Source: Phyllosticta citribraziliensis
Lineage: Eukaryota
NCBI RefSeq assembly: GCF_038025025.1
Contig: NW_027117344.1
Coordinates: forward strand, 1,612,001 to 1,676,000
Length of the DNA: 64,000 bases
Reading direction: 5' to 3'
Positions 38,432-50,983 of this stretch are shown piece by piece (the first letter of the stretch is position 1; each line of letters begins with the position of its first letter). The translations under genes were made by a program, and so were the position numbers. Under the pieces are notes generated by a model. The model ran no database searches. It saw only the letters and a list, made by a program, of their open reading frames with translations, and had not been told where the DNA came from.

Positions 38432-40291
38432 TTAACCGCTGAACTCGGGCACCTCGGTCTTCTTGCCGAGGAGCGCCAGGGGCACGATACCCGAGACGTG
38501 CATCTCGGGGCCGTACACGTGCATGTCGAGGTCGAGCTCGACGCTGACGGCCTTGATGTTCTTGAGGCCCTCCTGGTAGTTGGGGCCGGCACGACGGACC
38601 CAGATCTGGACCTTGTGCTCGTTGAGTAGAGGGGCAACCTCGCGCAGAGCACGGATGACACCCTTGAAGGTAGAGGCGACCTGGAGGGATTAGATTGAGA
38701 ATTGCAGAGGACTCTGGAAACTTACGTTGGTGAAGTTGGCAATACCACCACCGATGAAGAGGACCTTGCCGTCGGGGTGCATGGGTGCGCGCAGCATGAG
38801 GTCGAGGACAGTGCGGGCGTACTGGAAGGTCTGAGTCTCGGTGGGAGCACCCGAGTACTCACCGTAGTTGGCAAGCTCGCCGGCGAAGCCGGCAGAGGCG
38901 ATGGCGTCGGCGTAGACGACGGAAGCACCACCACCGGCGACAAGGGTCCAGACGCGGCCCTGGGAGTTGAGGATGGTGAGCTTGAGCGAAGCACCGGTCT
39001 TGGCGTCCATCTCAGAGATGAAGGCCTCCTCCTTGCTCATCTCACGACCGAAAGGAGCGGGGAACTCCATTGGCGGGCCAGCATCGACCGTGACCTTGCC
39101 ATCCTGGCTGGGCAGCGTAGGGAGGCCAAGGGCAGTGGGGCTGCGGGCAATGGCCCACTTGACACCGCACTCAAACTCGGCCGTCTGGTCGATCTTGGCC
39201 GCCAGGTCGAGGAAGTGAACCTCGGCCGAGGTGGCATCGGCGTTGGGAATGACGACGAGAGGGTTGATCTCGAGGTAGGTGAACTGGCAGTCGACGTAGA
39301 CGGCGTACAGCCTGGAGATGAAGTCGACGAGGACGTTGTGGACACCCTTGGGAACCTTCTTCAGGAGAGTGGCAGCAATCTCGTCGTTCGAGGGGTATTG
39401 GGAGAGGTCGACGGGAATCAGGAGCTTCTCAGCCTTGGCGTCGACATCGCCAACGTCGACACCTCCCTCGTGGGTGAAGAGGATCCAGTCACCCTGCAGT
39501 CAGAAGTTGTCAGCAAGGGGTAAAGTGCACGGAAGTAAGCGAGACTGATGCAGCGGGAGATGTGCGACGGGGCAGGAGAAAAATTGCAGAATACAGCTAG
39601 CCACAGATGGGATGGCAAGGTAAGGATCAGATGGAGGCCATCGAAGGCGGGTGATTTGCTGATGGGAGTGGGCCCTGGTGTCTGTGTTTGGAGGAGCTCC
39701 CTTCGTCCGGATCGCCCTAGGCGAACAAAACGGGAGGCCCATCCCGCGCGGCCTGCACTGCACCTCTTCTCCTCGGATATGTGGAAACAAACAAACGAAA
39801 CTTGTTGCAACGACGGTTGAAACGAAACAGGACAAAGTACGACGACTTACCTCACGGACCGAGTTGATGTTGATGTAGTACTCGGTGTCAGCGGGGTGGG
39901 GGACGAAGGGCTCGACCAGGAACTGCCTCAAAACACCGTCGACGTGCTCGACCTTTTGCGACTTGCCAGCCCTCTCCTCGATCCAGGCGCGGGCCTCGGG
40001 CCAGGTCTTGTTGAGAGCAAGAAGACCGCTCTTTCCACGACGCTTGATGAGCTGGTCAGGCTTGGCGACGAACTTGGAGCCGGCCTGGAGCAACCAGGGG
40101 TAGGTGACTTCGGCCTGGTCGAGGACGTCCTTGACCTGCTTGTCGGCGGGGAAGTGCAGCGAAGCAAGTCTGGGAGGAGGGTTGTGGGTGGACGAGGCAG
40201 GCAGCGGGGTGGGCTTGATGACGGGAGCTCTGGTGAGGTGGTAGTTGAGGATGGCCTTGCCGTCGGCCTCGAGGATGGACTTGGCGGACAT
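38432..40291 (-). CDS. ACL2: ATP-citrate lyase small subunit (ATP-grasp and citrate-binding)
   Basis: [44 protein letters not shown] and [10 protein letters not shown]. Introns 39850-39494 and ~38724-38681. Confidence 0.97.
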
Positions 40292-41542
40292 TGTGGACGG
40301 AGAGTGGGAGGGTTGAAGAGAGTCTGGAGCAAGAGCAGAAGAGAGAGAGAGATGGTCAGCTCAGCGCGAGGTAATGGACAGGAAAAGAGCTGGCAGCAAG
40401 CGGACAAGAGAGCGACAAAAAATCGGCAGGTGATGGAAGGGCGGCGGGCAAGCTCCGGGGGCCGGCGACGGCGAGGTGGCAGCCCCTGCGAAAGTCCGAA
40501 GGGTGGCATCGGGGAGCATTGGAGGGTCGGGAATCGAGGGAGGGCCGCAAGTTCAGCTTACCGAAAGGTGGTTGTGGTTGCGGAGGAGGATGTCAGACGG
40601 GATGACGGGAGACGGGAGAGGGCAATTGACGGCGGAAAGATGCAGAAGAAAGAGGACGAGGGCGAGGAGGAAGAGGAGGAGGAGGGTGGTCAAGCTGTCG
40701 AGGCGCGGGAAAATGATGTTGAAGCGGAGGGCGACTTGCTGGGGCAGACGTTGAGCAAGACGCGGATTCATTCTGTGGGGACCGGTGCAGGAAGTTGAGC
40801 CTGCGCTGGGGCCACTCGGCGACGGCGCCGCGCCCCAGGGCCGGCTGGGGCTGCACCTGAGGTGGACGCCCGGCAGTCCGCTGAGGTGGGAACCTCGCAG
40901 CGCCGCGAAACAGCTGCCAGCTCCACGGCGACTCAATTGCACGGCCAACAGCAGCGGCCGTCAGCCGCCGGCGAGCGCATTCGTCGGACAGCGGCAGCAT
41001 TGGATGCATGGCTAGCTATCGTGCAGTGGTCGAGTGGCAGGCCGGCGCTTCTCGCACCCACGGCTCCCCAGGGTGGCAGCACCGAGCCGCGCACCGGTCC
41101 CTGCCCTCAGTCGCATTTTCGGCGGCCCCAACGCGAATCCCTGCGCCGTGCACATCTCAGCCCTCCGATTCCTCAACACTCCTAGGACTACTCCTCCGCC
41201 GAACCACCCGACTTGAATTTCTGCCCTGTCGACCCGGACATCTCCTCTCCCTCATTCAATCCTCCTCGTCCTCCTCTTCTCCATCGTCCCATTGCCTTCC
41301 GCCGAGCCTTTTCTACCTTGACCTCTCGACAAGGTGCGTCCAGAGCTCCCCAAAGCTTCCTCGGTCAAAATTGCTGCTGCTCCCCAGCTCGCAACACCAC
41401 CGGCCCTCCTCCCTCAGCTCCGTCACCGCACGGCACTGCCCCGTCATCGCCCATCTGTCAATCCGTCCTCTTTTTTTTCTGACACTCCTCCCCAGGTTTT
41501 TTCCTACCTCTTCCCATCTAGATATCCTCCTCGTCCTCCACC

Positions 41543-43664
41543 ATGCCTTCCGTCAACGGCTCTGACGCCGCCAACCCTTCCGCCAATGACAACATCCGCC
41601 GTTTCCAAGCTCCTAGCCGTCCTCTGAGCCCCCCGGCCCAGCACACCCTCTTCCACAACAAGACGCGATGCTTCGTCTACGGCATGCAGCCCAAGGCTGT
41701 CCAGGGCATGCTCGACTTTGACTACATCTGCAAGCGTAAGACGCCCTCGGTGGCTGGCATCATCTACACCTTTGGCGGCCAGTTCGTGAGCAAGATGTAC
41801 TGGGGCACCAGCGAGACCCTGCTCCCCGTCTACCAGGACGTCTCCAAGGCCATGGCCAAGCACTCTGACGTCGACACCGTCGTCAACTTTGCCTCGTCGC
41901 GTTCCGTCTACAGCTCCACCATGGAGCTCATGGAGTGCCCCCAGATCCGCTCCATTGCCATCATTGCCGAGGGTGTGCCAGAGCGCGTACGTTCCCCTCC
42001 ACCTCTGCCTTGCCTCCGCCTCTAACAAGCTCCAAGCGTGCCCGTGAAATTCTCCATGTCGCCAAGAAGAAGGGCATCACCATCATCGGCCCCGCCACTG
42101 TCGGTGGCATCAAGCCCGGTTCCTTCAAGATTGGCAACACTGGTGGTATGATGGACAACATTGTCGCCTCCAAGCTCTACCGCCCCGGCTCCGTTGCCTA
42201 CGTCTCCAAGTCGGGCGGTATGTCCAACGAGCTGAACAACATCATTGCTCAGACCACCGACGGTGTCTACGAGGGTGTTGCCATTGGTGGAGACAGGTAT
42301 CCCGGTACCACCTTCATTGACCACCTGCTCAGGTACCAGGCCGACCCCAACTGCAAGATTCTCGTCCTGCTCGGTGAGGTCGGTGGTGTCGAGGAGTACC
42401 GCGTCATCGAGGCCGTCAAGAACGGCACCATCACCAAGCCCATTGTTGCCTGGGCCATTGGTACCGTCGCCAGCATGCTCAAGACCGAGGTTCAGTTCGG
42501 TCACGCTGGTTCCTTTGCCAACTCGCAGCTCGAGACGGCTGCCACCAAGAACAAGACCATGAAGGAGGCCGGCATCTACGTCCCCGAGACCTTCGAGGAC
42601 CTGCCCGCCACCCTTCGCCAGGTCTACCAGAAGCTCGTCCAGGACGGCACCATCACCCCCCGCCCCGAGCCTGCCGTTCCCAAGATCCCCATGGACTACT
42701 CGTGGGCTCAGGAGCTTGGTCTCATCCGTAAGCCCGCTGCCTTCATTTCCACCATTTCCGACGACCGTGGCCAGGAGCTGCTCTACGCCGGTATGCCCAT
42801 CTCGGATGTCTTCAAGGAGAACATTGGCATTGGCGGTGTCATGTCGCTGCTGTGGTTCCGCCGCCGCCTGCCCGACTACGCCAGCAAGTTCCTCGAGATG
42901 GTCCTCATGCTTACTGCTGACCACGGTCCCGCCGTCTCTGGTGCCATGAACACCATTGTCACCACCCGTGCTGGCAAGGACCTGATCAGCTCGCTGGTCT
43001 CTGGTCTTCTGACCATTGGTTCCCGTTTCGGTGGTGCCCTCGACGGTGCCGCTGAGGAGTTCACCAAGGCCTTTGACAAGGGTCTTAGCCCCCGTGACTT
43101 TGTCGACTCCATGAGGAAGGAGAACAAGCTGAGTAAGTGTCCTGTGGAATCCGCGCGCGAATGGTACTGATTCTTGGCAGTCCCCGGTATCGGCCACAGG
43201 GTCAAGTCGAGGAACAACCCCGATCTCCGTGTCGAGCTCGTCAAGGAGTACGTGCAAAAGAACTTCCCCAACCACAAGCTGCTCGACTACGCCATTGCTG
43301 TCGAGACCGTCACCACCTCCAAGAAGGACAACCTGATTCTCAACGTTGACGGTTGCGTTGCTGTCTGCTTTGTCGACCTGCTCCGCAACTGCGGATCTTT
43401 CACCGCCGAAGAGGCCGAGGACTACCTCAAGATGGGTGTCCTCAACGGTCTGTTCGTGCTCGGCCGTAGCATTGGTCTGATTGCCCATTTCCTCGACCAG
43501 AAGAGGCTGAGGACCGGTCTCTACCGTAAGTTTGCCCTGCATGACGCACCCATCATCTCGCTAATGGCGCTCAAGGTCACCCGTGGGATGACATCACCTA
43601 CCTCCTTCCCTCCCTCAGCAAGGGCGCACCTGGCTCCGAGGGCCGTGTTGAGGTTTCGGCTTAA
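41543..43664 (+). CDS. ACL1: ATP-citrate lyase large subunit
   Basis: [20 protein letters not shown] (phospho-His), [19 protein letters not shown] and LYRHPWDDI. Three short introns. Confidence 0.97.
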
Positions 43665-44498
43665 AAGAAAATGGAGAGAGGGACGCCTACGCGGGCTCAT
43701 GGAGGTTTGTGACGAGGATTCTAGTATGGATTACATGGGTCTACAAGAAATATTGGTCGGAGTTGCACTTTGCACGGCGTCCTCTAGACTCGCCGTGCTA
43801 CGGCTTGTAGCAATAAGGTTCAGGAATTTTAATGAAATGCTGATGTTACGTTTCAAAGATTCTGCACGCAGAGCGCACCGTGAGGTGGTCAAGAGGGGAA
43901 CGATTCGGAAGTGCAGATGCCAAGGACGGCATGTATCCATCATGTGTTCCGAAGCCGGCCGAGAGCATTGGCGAGTTTTTTGGTGGTGAGCCGGGAATAG
44001 CCCAGACATGTCATCTCGAGCTTCCAGGGTGACCGACCCGTCCCGCCATGGACAAAACCTAAAACAATAGCCAAGCCCACATCCACCATAAACATTGCGA
44101 CGGGAGCCGTCATTACTGCCCAATCTGCTTTGAGCATAGACACCGTCGCTGAGGTTTGCTGTTTGAAAGGTTCCAAAGCGGAACGAGGCGCCATCTGCAG
44201 GGCGACAACAGGCGGTTCACCAAAGGTTGTTTCTCCCAAGCTCCAGCGATGCCCGTCGCAACCCCGCTCAAAGTGCGGGAACAAGGCTCGAGGCTGCAGC
44301 TTATCATGTGTCTCCATGCTAATGTTTTTTCGAGATCCCTTGCTTCTTTCCAAAAGTCCCGCTTGATAGCTTGCCGATTAACTATGGGCGATCCATGTCT
44401 TGCCTCGACCATTGGGTTGGAGCGGATGGAAAACACTTCTCTTAAATCGCTCCACCCCCCGCTGTCTGCAATGTTGTAACGACATCCTTTTCGACGCC

Positions 44499-47428
44499 AT
44501 GTCTATGCGGATTCTGGCCCTCCTTGCTCCGGCCTTGCTCGGCAGTGTGCCGACGGTGGATGCTGCCGTCCACAGCGCAGTCATCTTCACTCGAACCGGC
44601 GAGCGAACACCCCTATTGCAGACTTCGGGTCCTGCAAGGCTCACTCCGTGGGGAGCACAGCAGGCACACGACCAGGGCAACTTTTTCCGTCAGCTCTATG
44701 TCTCGGGAGAGACAAACGAGGGCGACGCTACTGGCCCCAGGCCGATAGTCGACCTTTCCAAGGACGCGCTCAAAAACAACCAGCTCTTCCTCCTGGCTCC
44801 CGAGAATGACTATGCGACGGCAACGGGTCTCGCCTTTTTGCAAGGCCTGTACCCGCCCCTTGGTATGAATGAGAGCAACGCTGCCCTCCTTGACGGTGCT
44901 GCCACTCTATCCAACGGCAGCTTCGTCCAAGCGCCACTCGGCGGATACCAGTACCCCCAGCTGCGTACGGCGTCCAATTACGATCCGAACCTCATCTATG
45001 TGGCCGGTGCGTACGGGTGCGTCAATGCAGCCAAGGACCGCAACGACTACTTCACCACCGCCGAGTCTTCCGAGACCAAGAACCGCACCGGGGAGCTGTA
45101 CAACAACATTGGCAACGCTGTCTTGCTTGGTGCCATGAGCGAGGACTCGTGGAACTACGACCGGGCATATCTCATTTACGACTATGTCAACTACGCCTAC
45201 TGGCACGATTCATCAACCCAGCAGGCCTTTGCCAACAACGAATCGCTGCGAGGCTCATTGGACCAGCTGAGATATCTCGCCGATCAGTAAGTTGATGTTC
45301 TTTCTTTTTCCATCCATCGTGTCGCCTGCGGTTGCTCAATTTTGGTTTTCTGGTTAGCGCAGAGCTAAACGTGGAGACTTTCCCGTCCTGTCAAATGGTC
45401 GAGGGACCTCCACGCTCGCGCCAAACTGTATTTCGACTCGATCACGTACGATGCAGTTGGCGACGACGTCGTCTTGTCTTTGCTCTGGGGCGCAGAAAAG
45501 GTTGCAGTTTTTCTTGGATGCAACAGATCACTCCAGCGTCTTGGAGTGAGGCGGAGCTGAACTCGAGAGCTCTTGATTATTTGTCCCCCCTGCTTGGCCT
45601 CGTCATCAACTTGACCACGATATCCCTGCCTGCATTTTGACGTTTTCAACACCTCTGTCCTGGCTTGGAGATTGCTAACTAATCCACGTGCAGACAACAA
45701 TGGGCAATGGTCAATTCCACCGACCCTGTACACTTCGTCCGGTCCATTGCCGGACAGGCGCTGGCCTCCAAGATTCTCAACCAGTTGTACATCAACATCA
45801 ACACGGCTGGTTCCGCGGCGAAGCTGTCGCTTCTCTTTGGCGAGTTCGACCCCATGCTTGCCTTCATCGGTTTGACCGGGCTGTCCGAACAGGAGCCGGA
45901 CCTTCGCGGAATCCCCGACTGGGCCAGCAGCTTGGTGGTCGAGCTCTACAGCGACGACCCGCCTGGACAGTCTTCGAATACGAGCGTAGCCACGTCCAAC
46001 AGTACCGACGGCTTCACGGGAGTGTACCCGGACATTGCAAATCTCTCTGTACGCTTCTACCTGCGCAATGGCTCGGACCCGTACATCCCACTCAACAACT
46101 ATGGCATCTTCCAAACGCCTCAGCCGTCGTCGAACGCCGACAAGCACATTCCTTTTCAGGAGTTTGAATCGGCCTTGATGGCTCTCTCGCTCGGCTCGGC
46201 GTCGTTCCCCGGCTCGTCATCCTCGAGCCAGCAGGACCAGGACGGCAACGACAACAATGCGCCGTCCCCTATGCTGCCCGACCCGGCCATCCCCGCCTGG
46301 TGCGCCGTGTGCGAGGCGCGCTCCATCTTCTGCACTGCGCTGAACGCCGACCTCAAGGGCCCCAAGGGCGGCGGCGGCCGAGGCAGGAAGAAGGACAAGG
46401 ACGACGAAGACGATAGTGCGCTGTCGCCCGCCGCCGCTGGCGTTCTCGGTGCCGGTCTGGTCTTCGTCTTTGCCATCATCGCCGCCCTCATCCTTGGGAC
46501 TTGCGGCCGCGTGCGCCTCTCCCGCGACCCGCCTCCTGGGTCCAACCCCAAGCTGCCCTACCTACCAGGTTACGGTCCAAACACAGGTCCAAACGCCAAC
46601 GCCTCCCCGTCTGGCGGCAATGGCTTCGCTGCCAAAGCCGCCTCTGCGTCCGCCGCCACAGCAGCAGCACTCCTCCCTTGCCTCCCGTCCTCCAAACGGC
46701 GCCGCCGTAATCGCCGCAACGCCTCTTTCAGTAACGGCGGCGGCGGCTTCAAGGGCTCTGACAAGCTCGAATCCGACCTGGACGTCTCGTTTGCCTGCAA
46801 CGGCGCGGCTCCCGGATCGCACGCCAGCATCGCCGGCTTCGTGCCGCCGCCGCCGCCCAGCCCGCCGCCCAAGGCGGCCGCGCGCATGAGCAGCATCATG
46901 GGGCTGAACCGCGACTCGGCCGCCACGCCGACCGGCGGCGACGACGGCGGACCGGTCATGGTGGGCGTCGGGGGCAAGGGCACCGTCAGCGGCACGCCCA
47001 TCAGCGACGCCTACGCCCGCTCCGCCGCCAGCAAAGACGACACCTTCGCGGGGCTGGGCAGCGGCATTGGCGGCGAGCCCGTCGCCCACGCCCGCACTGG
47101 CAGCTGGGAGCTCAAGGAGAAGGCCAGAAAGGCCGACGCCGCCAACGCGACGCTGGCGGACAACAGCGGCGCCGACGACACGCGCAGCAACCTCAGCGGC
47201 AGCACCAATGTCAGCGGCGGGACCCCCGTGCCGGTCATGGCGGCCGCGCCCGGCAGGCGGCCGCGCAGCACCATTGCCAAGGTCGGCGAGGTGGGCGGCG
47301 TCGCTACTGTGCACCAGAGCCCATTTGCGATTGGCGACGGTGAGGATGACGATGTCGTTGACTCGAGGAGGTCGAGTGGGGAGGTGTTTGAGGATGCCGT
47401 GGCGGTCGAGGTCGTGCATAGGGTTTAG
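44499..47428 (+). CDS. Histidine acid phosphatase-like single-pass membrane protein, probably catalytically degenerate
   Basis: Signal peptide, RTGERTP (compare RHGxRxP), AFLQGLYPP, a transmembrane helix AAGVLGAGLVFVFAIIAALILG and a long low-complexity tail. The intron 45287-45693 joins the two ORFs in frame. Confidence 0.85.
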
Positions 47429-48277
47429 GCGTGGTCGTGGAGTGGGTTGACAACGTGGGGAGTACGATAGGGGCGACCTTACCCCTACCCTAGCCCCTCG
47501 CGCTGCTGCTCTTTTTGGTGATGTCTCTCTTTTCATTTTACCCTTGTTGTCGTTGTCTTACAGCACCCTTCTTTCTTTACTGCCCGCTCGACAAAAGCAT
47601 CCGTTCGCCGTCCATTTTGCGCTGAGATACCCTCGCCCCTCCCTCCTTTCTCTTCGACATTCATAAGATACCCACTCTCCTTGTAGTAAACCACGGCTCC
47701 CTCCTTGGACATACCCAATCCCGCCTTCGCTTCATAATAGTCCGCTCGTCAGTCCGCCAAAGACCTTTATATATAGATACCCACTCTTCAATTATTGTAA
47801 TATCTCCTCTCCATCTCTCGCTCTCTCCTCCGTCTCCGTCTCCCGTTCCGCATGTACCTCCTCTGTCTCTCGCTTGACATCAGGCATGGCTCTCTACGCA
47901 GTAGCAGGTTTGCTCGCATTCGTAGTCCATAGTAGTCGTCGATAAGGAGAAGTTGAAGATTTGATCGCGCAAAATACGCTTTCCCAGATGAAATTTTGCA
48001 TTACGGAAGTGCTCAGTGCTCAAGAACGTGATGCTTGACAAAAGGAAACCTGGACTACCCGCTGACCGTCTGATCTGATCCCTAACAAAACTCCCATCGC
48101 TGCCTGCCAAAAACTTACAAAGACAAATCATGATCGCTGTTGCTATTCGTCCGAATCAACTCCGTCTGCGCCTGCAACTTTTATGACCTTGACGTGAGTA
48201 AAACGCCATGTCGAACGCGTAAAGTTCAATTTGAATTCACCCCCCACCAACGCTTTTGCAACACCGCCACGTCCATC

Positions 48278-50983
48278 TCAAATCTTGGTCATCTCCCACT
48301 TGTCATCGAACCGAATCTGCTGTGACAAAGCGCACGACAGCAGCCAATTAGGTTCCACGATGCGCGGAGTCATGTCGGCCTTCTTGGCCATGTCGCGGAA
48401 CTTTTGCCAGAGCTTGACATCCTCCTTGTCATCGCTGGAGATGAGATACAGGGTCTCGCCGTCGTCGACCTCGCGGTTCTGCTCAAACTCCGTCTCTTCC
48501 TCCGTCTCGTCCGACATGTCCGCGTCGCCATCGGCGTCGGGCTGTTTTCCACGCGGCCGCTTCGACACTTGCGTCGCCCGTCCCTTCCAGAGGTGGCAAG
48601 CGCCGCCGTTGGCTTCGATGATGTCTTTGAATGTAACCCATCCGCCCTTGACGCCTTCTGTGACGAAAATTTGCCAGTCGCGGAAGAGACGGTGACAGTT
48701 CTGCTCCGCGCGCGCTATCGTCTGGCGGAGCTTGATGTCTTGAGCCTTTTCGCCTGCCTTGTCTTCCAAAGCAAAGTCCTCAACGGGCGGAACGGCCTTA
48801 TCCTTGAGACACTGGTCGAGGAATTTCGTGTTGACGACTGCAGGAGCATTGGAGAGAGCCGCAACAAACTTCTTGGTGCGGACGATCTTGGGAGCGCAGA
48901 GAATATTAACCTCTGTTGGATTTTCTGTGATGTGGATGCCGATTGCACGAAGTTTGTTCTACGTCTTGTTAGCATACTTCTCGATACCTGCATGGGAGCG
49001 CACCTTGTCCTCGGTCTCCTTTTTGGTCTTGCCGATCCATCTGTCATCGCCGGAGAGCATCAGCTTGAGCACAGTCGCAGACGTGTCCGTCTTTGCCTTC
49101 TTCGTCTTCCGTCCTTTTGCGGCAGATGAGCTCTCCTTTTCATTATCTTCTGGCTCAAGCGATCTTTTCAGCAGCTCTTTTGGCTTCCCATCTGGTTCAC
49201 TGGCCCGTCTTCCTCCATGAACCACTCCACCCTTTCGCTTCGACTCCTTTTCATACAGAGCAATGTCCGGAGCGAGATCGTGTAGCTTTGTAAGAGCCTT
49301 GTTCTTTGCACCGCGTCCGCCCGTGCTTGACGGCGTCATGTTTTCCTTGCCGTCCCGACTCCGTTCGACATCAGGAGTTTGCACCTCGAGAGAGTTGCGA
49401 GGCTTGCGGCCCTTCTTCGCTACTGGAGTGCTCCGAACAGGCAAGTCTGCTCCGACTGACGGTTCAGCATCATCTTTCTGGATTTGTTCCTTCTGGGCTC
49501 GTTTTGCTGGGCGCTTAAAGAAATGCGCTTCGACTGCCTCCCGATCAATCTGAGTCTGACCAACAACTTCGCCAAGGTTTGTCCGAGGAGGAAAGTGCGT
49601 GTAGCGCGGGTTCGTGAGAGACAGTTCTTCACATTTCGCAAAGCTCTCCTCCAGCCACAAGTGGTTGACCAGATGAATGTTCCATTCTCTCGCAGCATCG
49701 CACTTTTCACTCTGCAGGTGTGCTGTGACAAGATGCGTGTTTTCCTGTCGCATGACTCTGCTGAAGCTTGCGCCGCAAGCCGTCGCCAAATTTTCCAAGT
49801 AGACACGCGCATCACCGACGTAATTGGAAAGACTGATCGTGTATTTTTCGAAACCTGGAATGCCGTCCTTCGGTACGGGGTAGTGGAGGAGACGGCGAGT
49901 AGGTGACGTCCACTTGTCATGTGTGATGAGGTAATAGAGCCAGGCAAGGTTTCCCACGTCTTTGCCTCCCTGAGAAGCCTTGACATAGTCCTTCCCTTCC
50001 CTGAAATGGCAAACGAGTATGTCGGCTCTGTCAACGTCTGTGACCACCTCGGCGTTTCCAGCACTCAGAAGTTCTTCGATGGTCGTCCGTATCCTCTCGC
50101 TGAGTCCCAGGTCCTCTGACAGCATGACCTTCTTTCCAGAAAAGACTTGGAGCACACGGGGCTCTCTGGGCGATAGAGTGAGCCGGGCGGGGATTGGGTC
50201 CGTGGCATCCTGAATCGCCTCGCTTGGGTAATGTGCAATTGGTCCAGGAGAAGTTGCTCTAAGCACCTCGGGATCCGGCAGCTCATATGGCTTTTCTACA
50301 ATCTTCTTTCCTAGTCTCAAACAGTCTTCAAACCTACATCACCTTAGAATCGTCATTCCAAGCTAGGACAGGCAACATACCAATGAGGCAGGACAATATT
50401 GGCCTTGAGGTTCTTCGCTCTTGCCAATTGGCACATGTCGGTCTCAGTGCTGAGCGCGACCAAGTGTGTGGTGAACTTTGTGACAGCGCTCGAGTATTGG
50501 CCACCCATGGCCAAAACACCGCCCATGATCGCCTCCTTGTCGCCTTCTGGTATATCTTGAGCGCATGACACAATCACGTCGGACATGAACAAGCCCGGGT
50601 CAGGGCTGTAGGCGCGTGGGTTGACGGTTTTGTTTCTTTCGAAGCTCGCGACTATCCACTCCGGTTTGACAACGTGCACAAAGTTGTCGAGGGCATCGAA
50701 GTAGTCAGGAAAGTCGGAGGTGTGGGATATTACGTGCGTGACTTGGCGTACATCGTCTATGCGGCCTGTTTGGGGGTTCAGAGGGACGAAGGTCGCGCCG
50801 TTTAGCTTTAGCTGTTCTTTGAGCTGTGATTGGCGTCAGCGAACCAGTCAGTCTGTGTTGACCTATGGCAAGCATGCGCACCTCGTCGACGCGCTCTCCT
50901 TGCAAAGAAGGGCCTTCGATAATGGTGAAGGAGACAGGGGAGAAGATCTTGGTGCTGAGGCCATCAATCAAAGAGTCAGCCAT
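48278..50983 (-). CDS. Multi-BRCT DNA-damage scaffold, Rtt107/Brc1-like
   Basis: Repeated BRCT cores: VVKPEWI, TTHLV...VLPHW, GNLAWL, NTHLVT...VNHLWLEES, RTKKFVAAL and VEPNWLL. Three introns. Confidence 0.88.

Noticed and set aside
39494..39850. TPP riboswitch in the long introns
   Set aside because: The conserved TPP aptamer motifs are not visible and the host genes are not thiamine-related.
42022..43542. 506 aa antisense ORF over ACL1, and similar shadow ORFs over MRE11, the 2246-5594 gene and others
   Set aside because: These follow from strong C-ending codon bias on the real strand and contain no recognisable domains.
43174..43989. Extended ACL1 C-terminus in the ORF track
   Set aside because: It reads through intron 3. 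Splicing restores the conserved RHPWDDI end with the stop at 43664.
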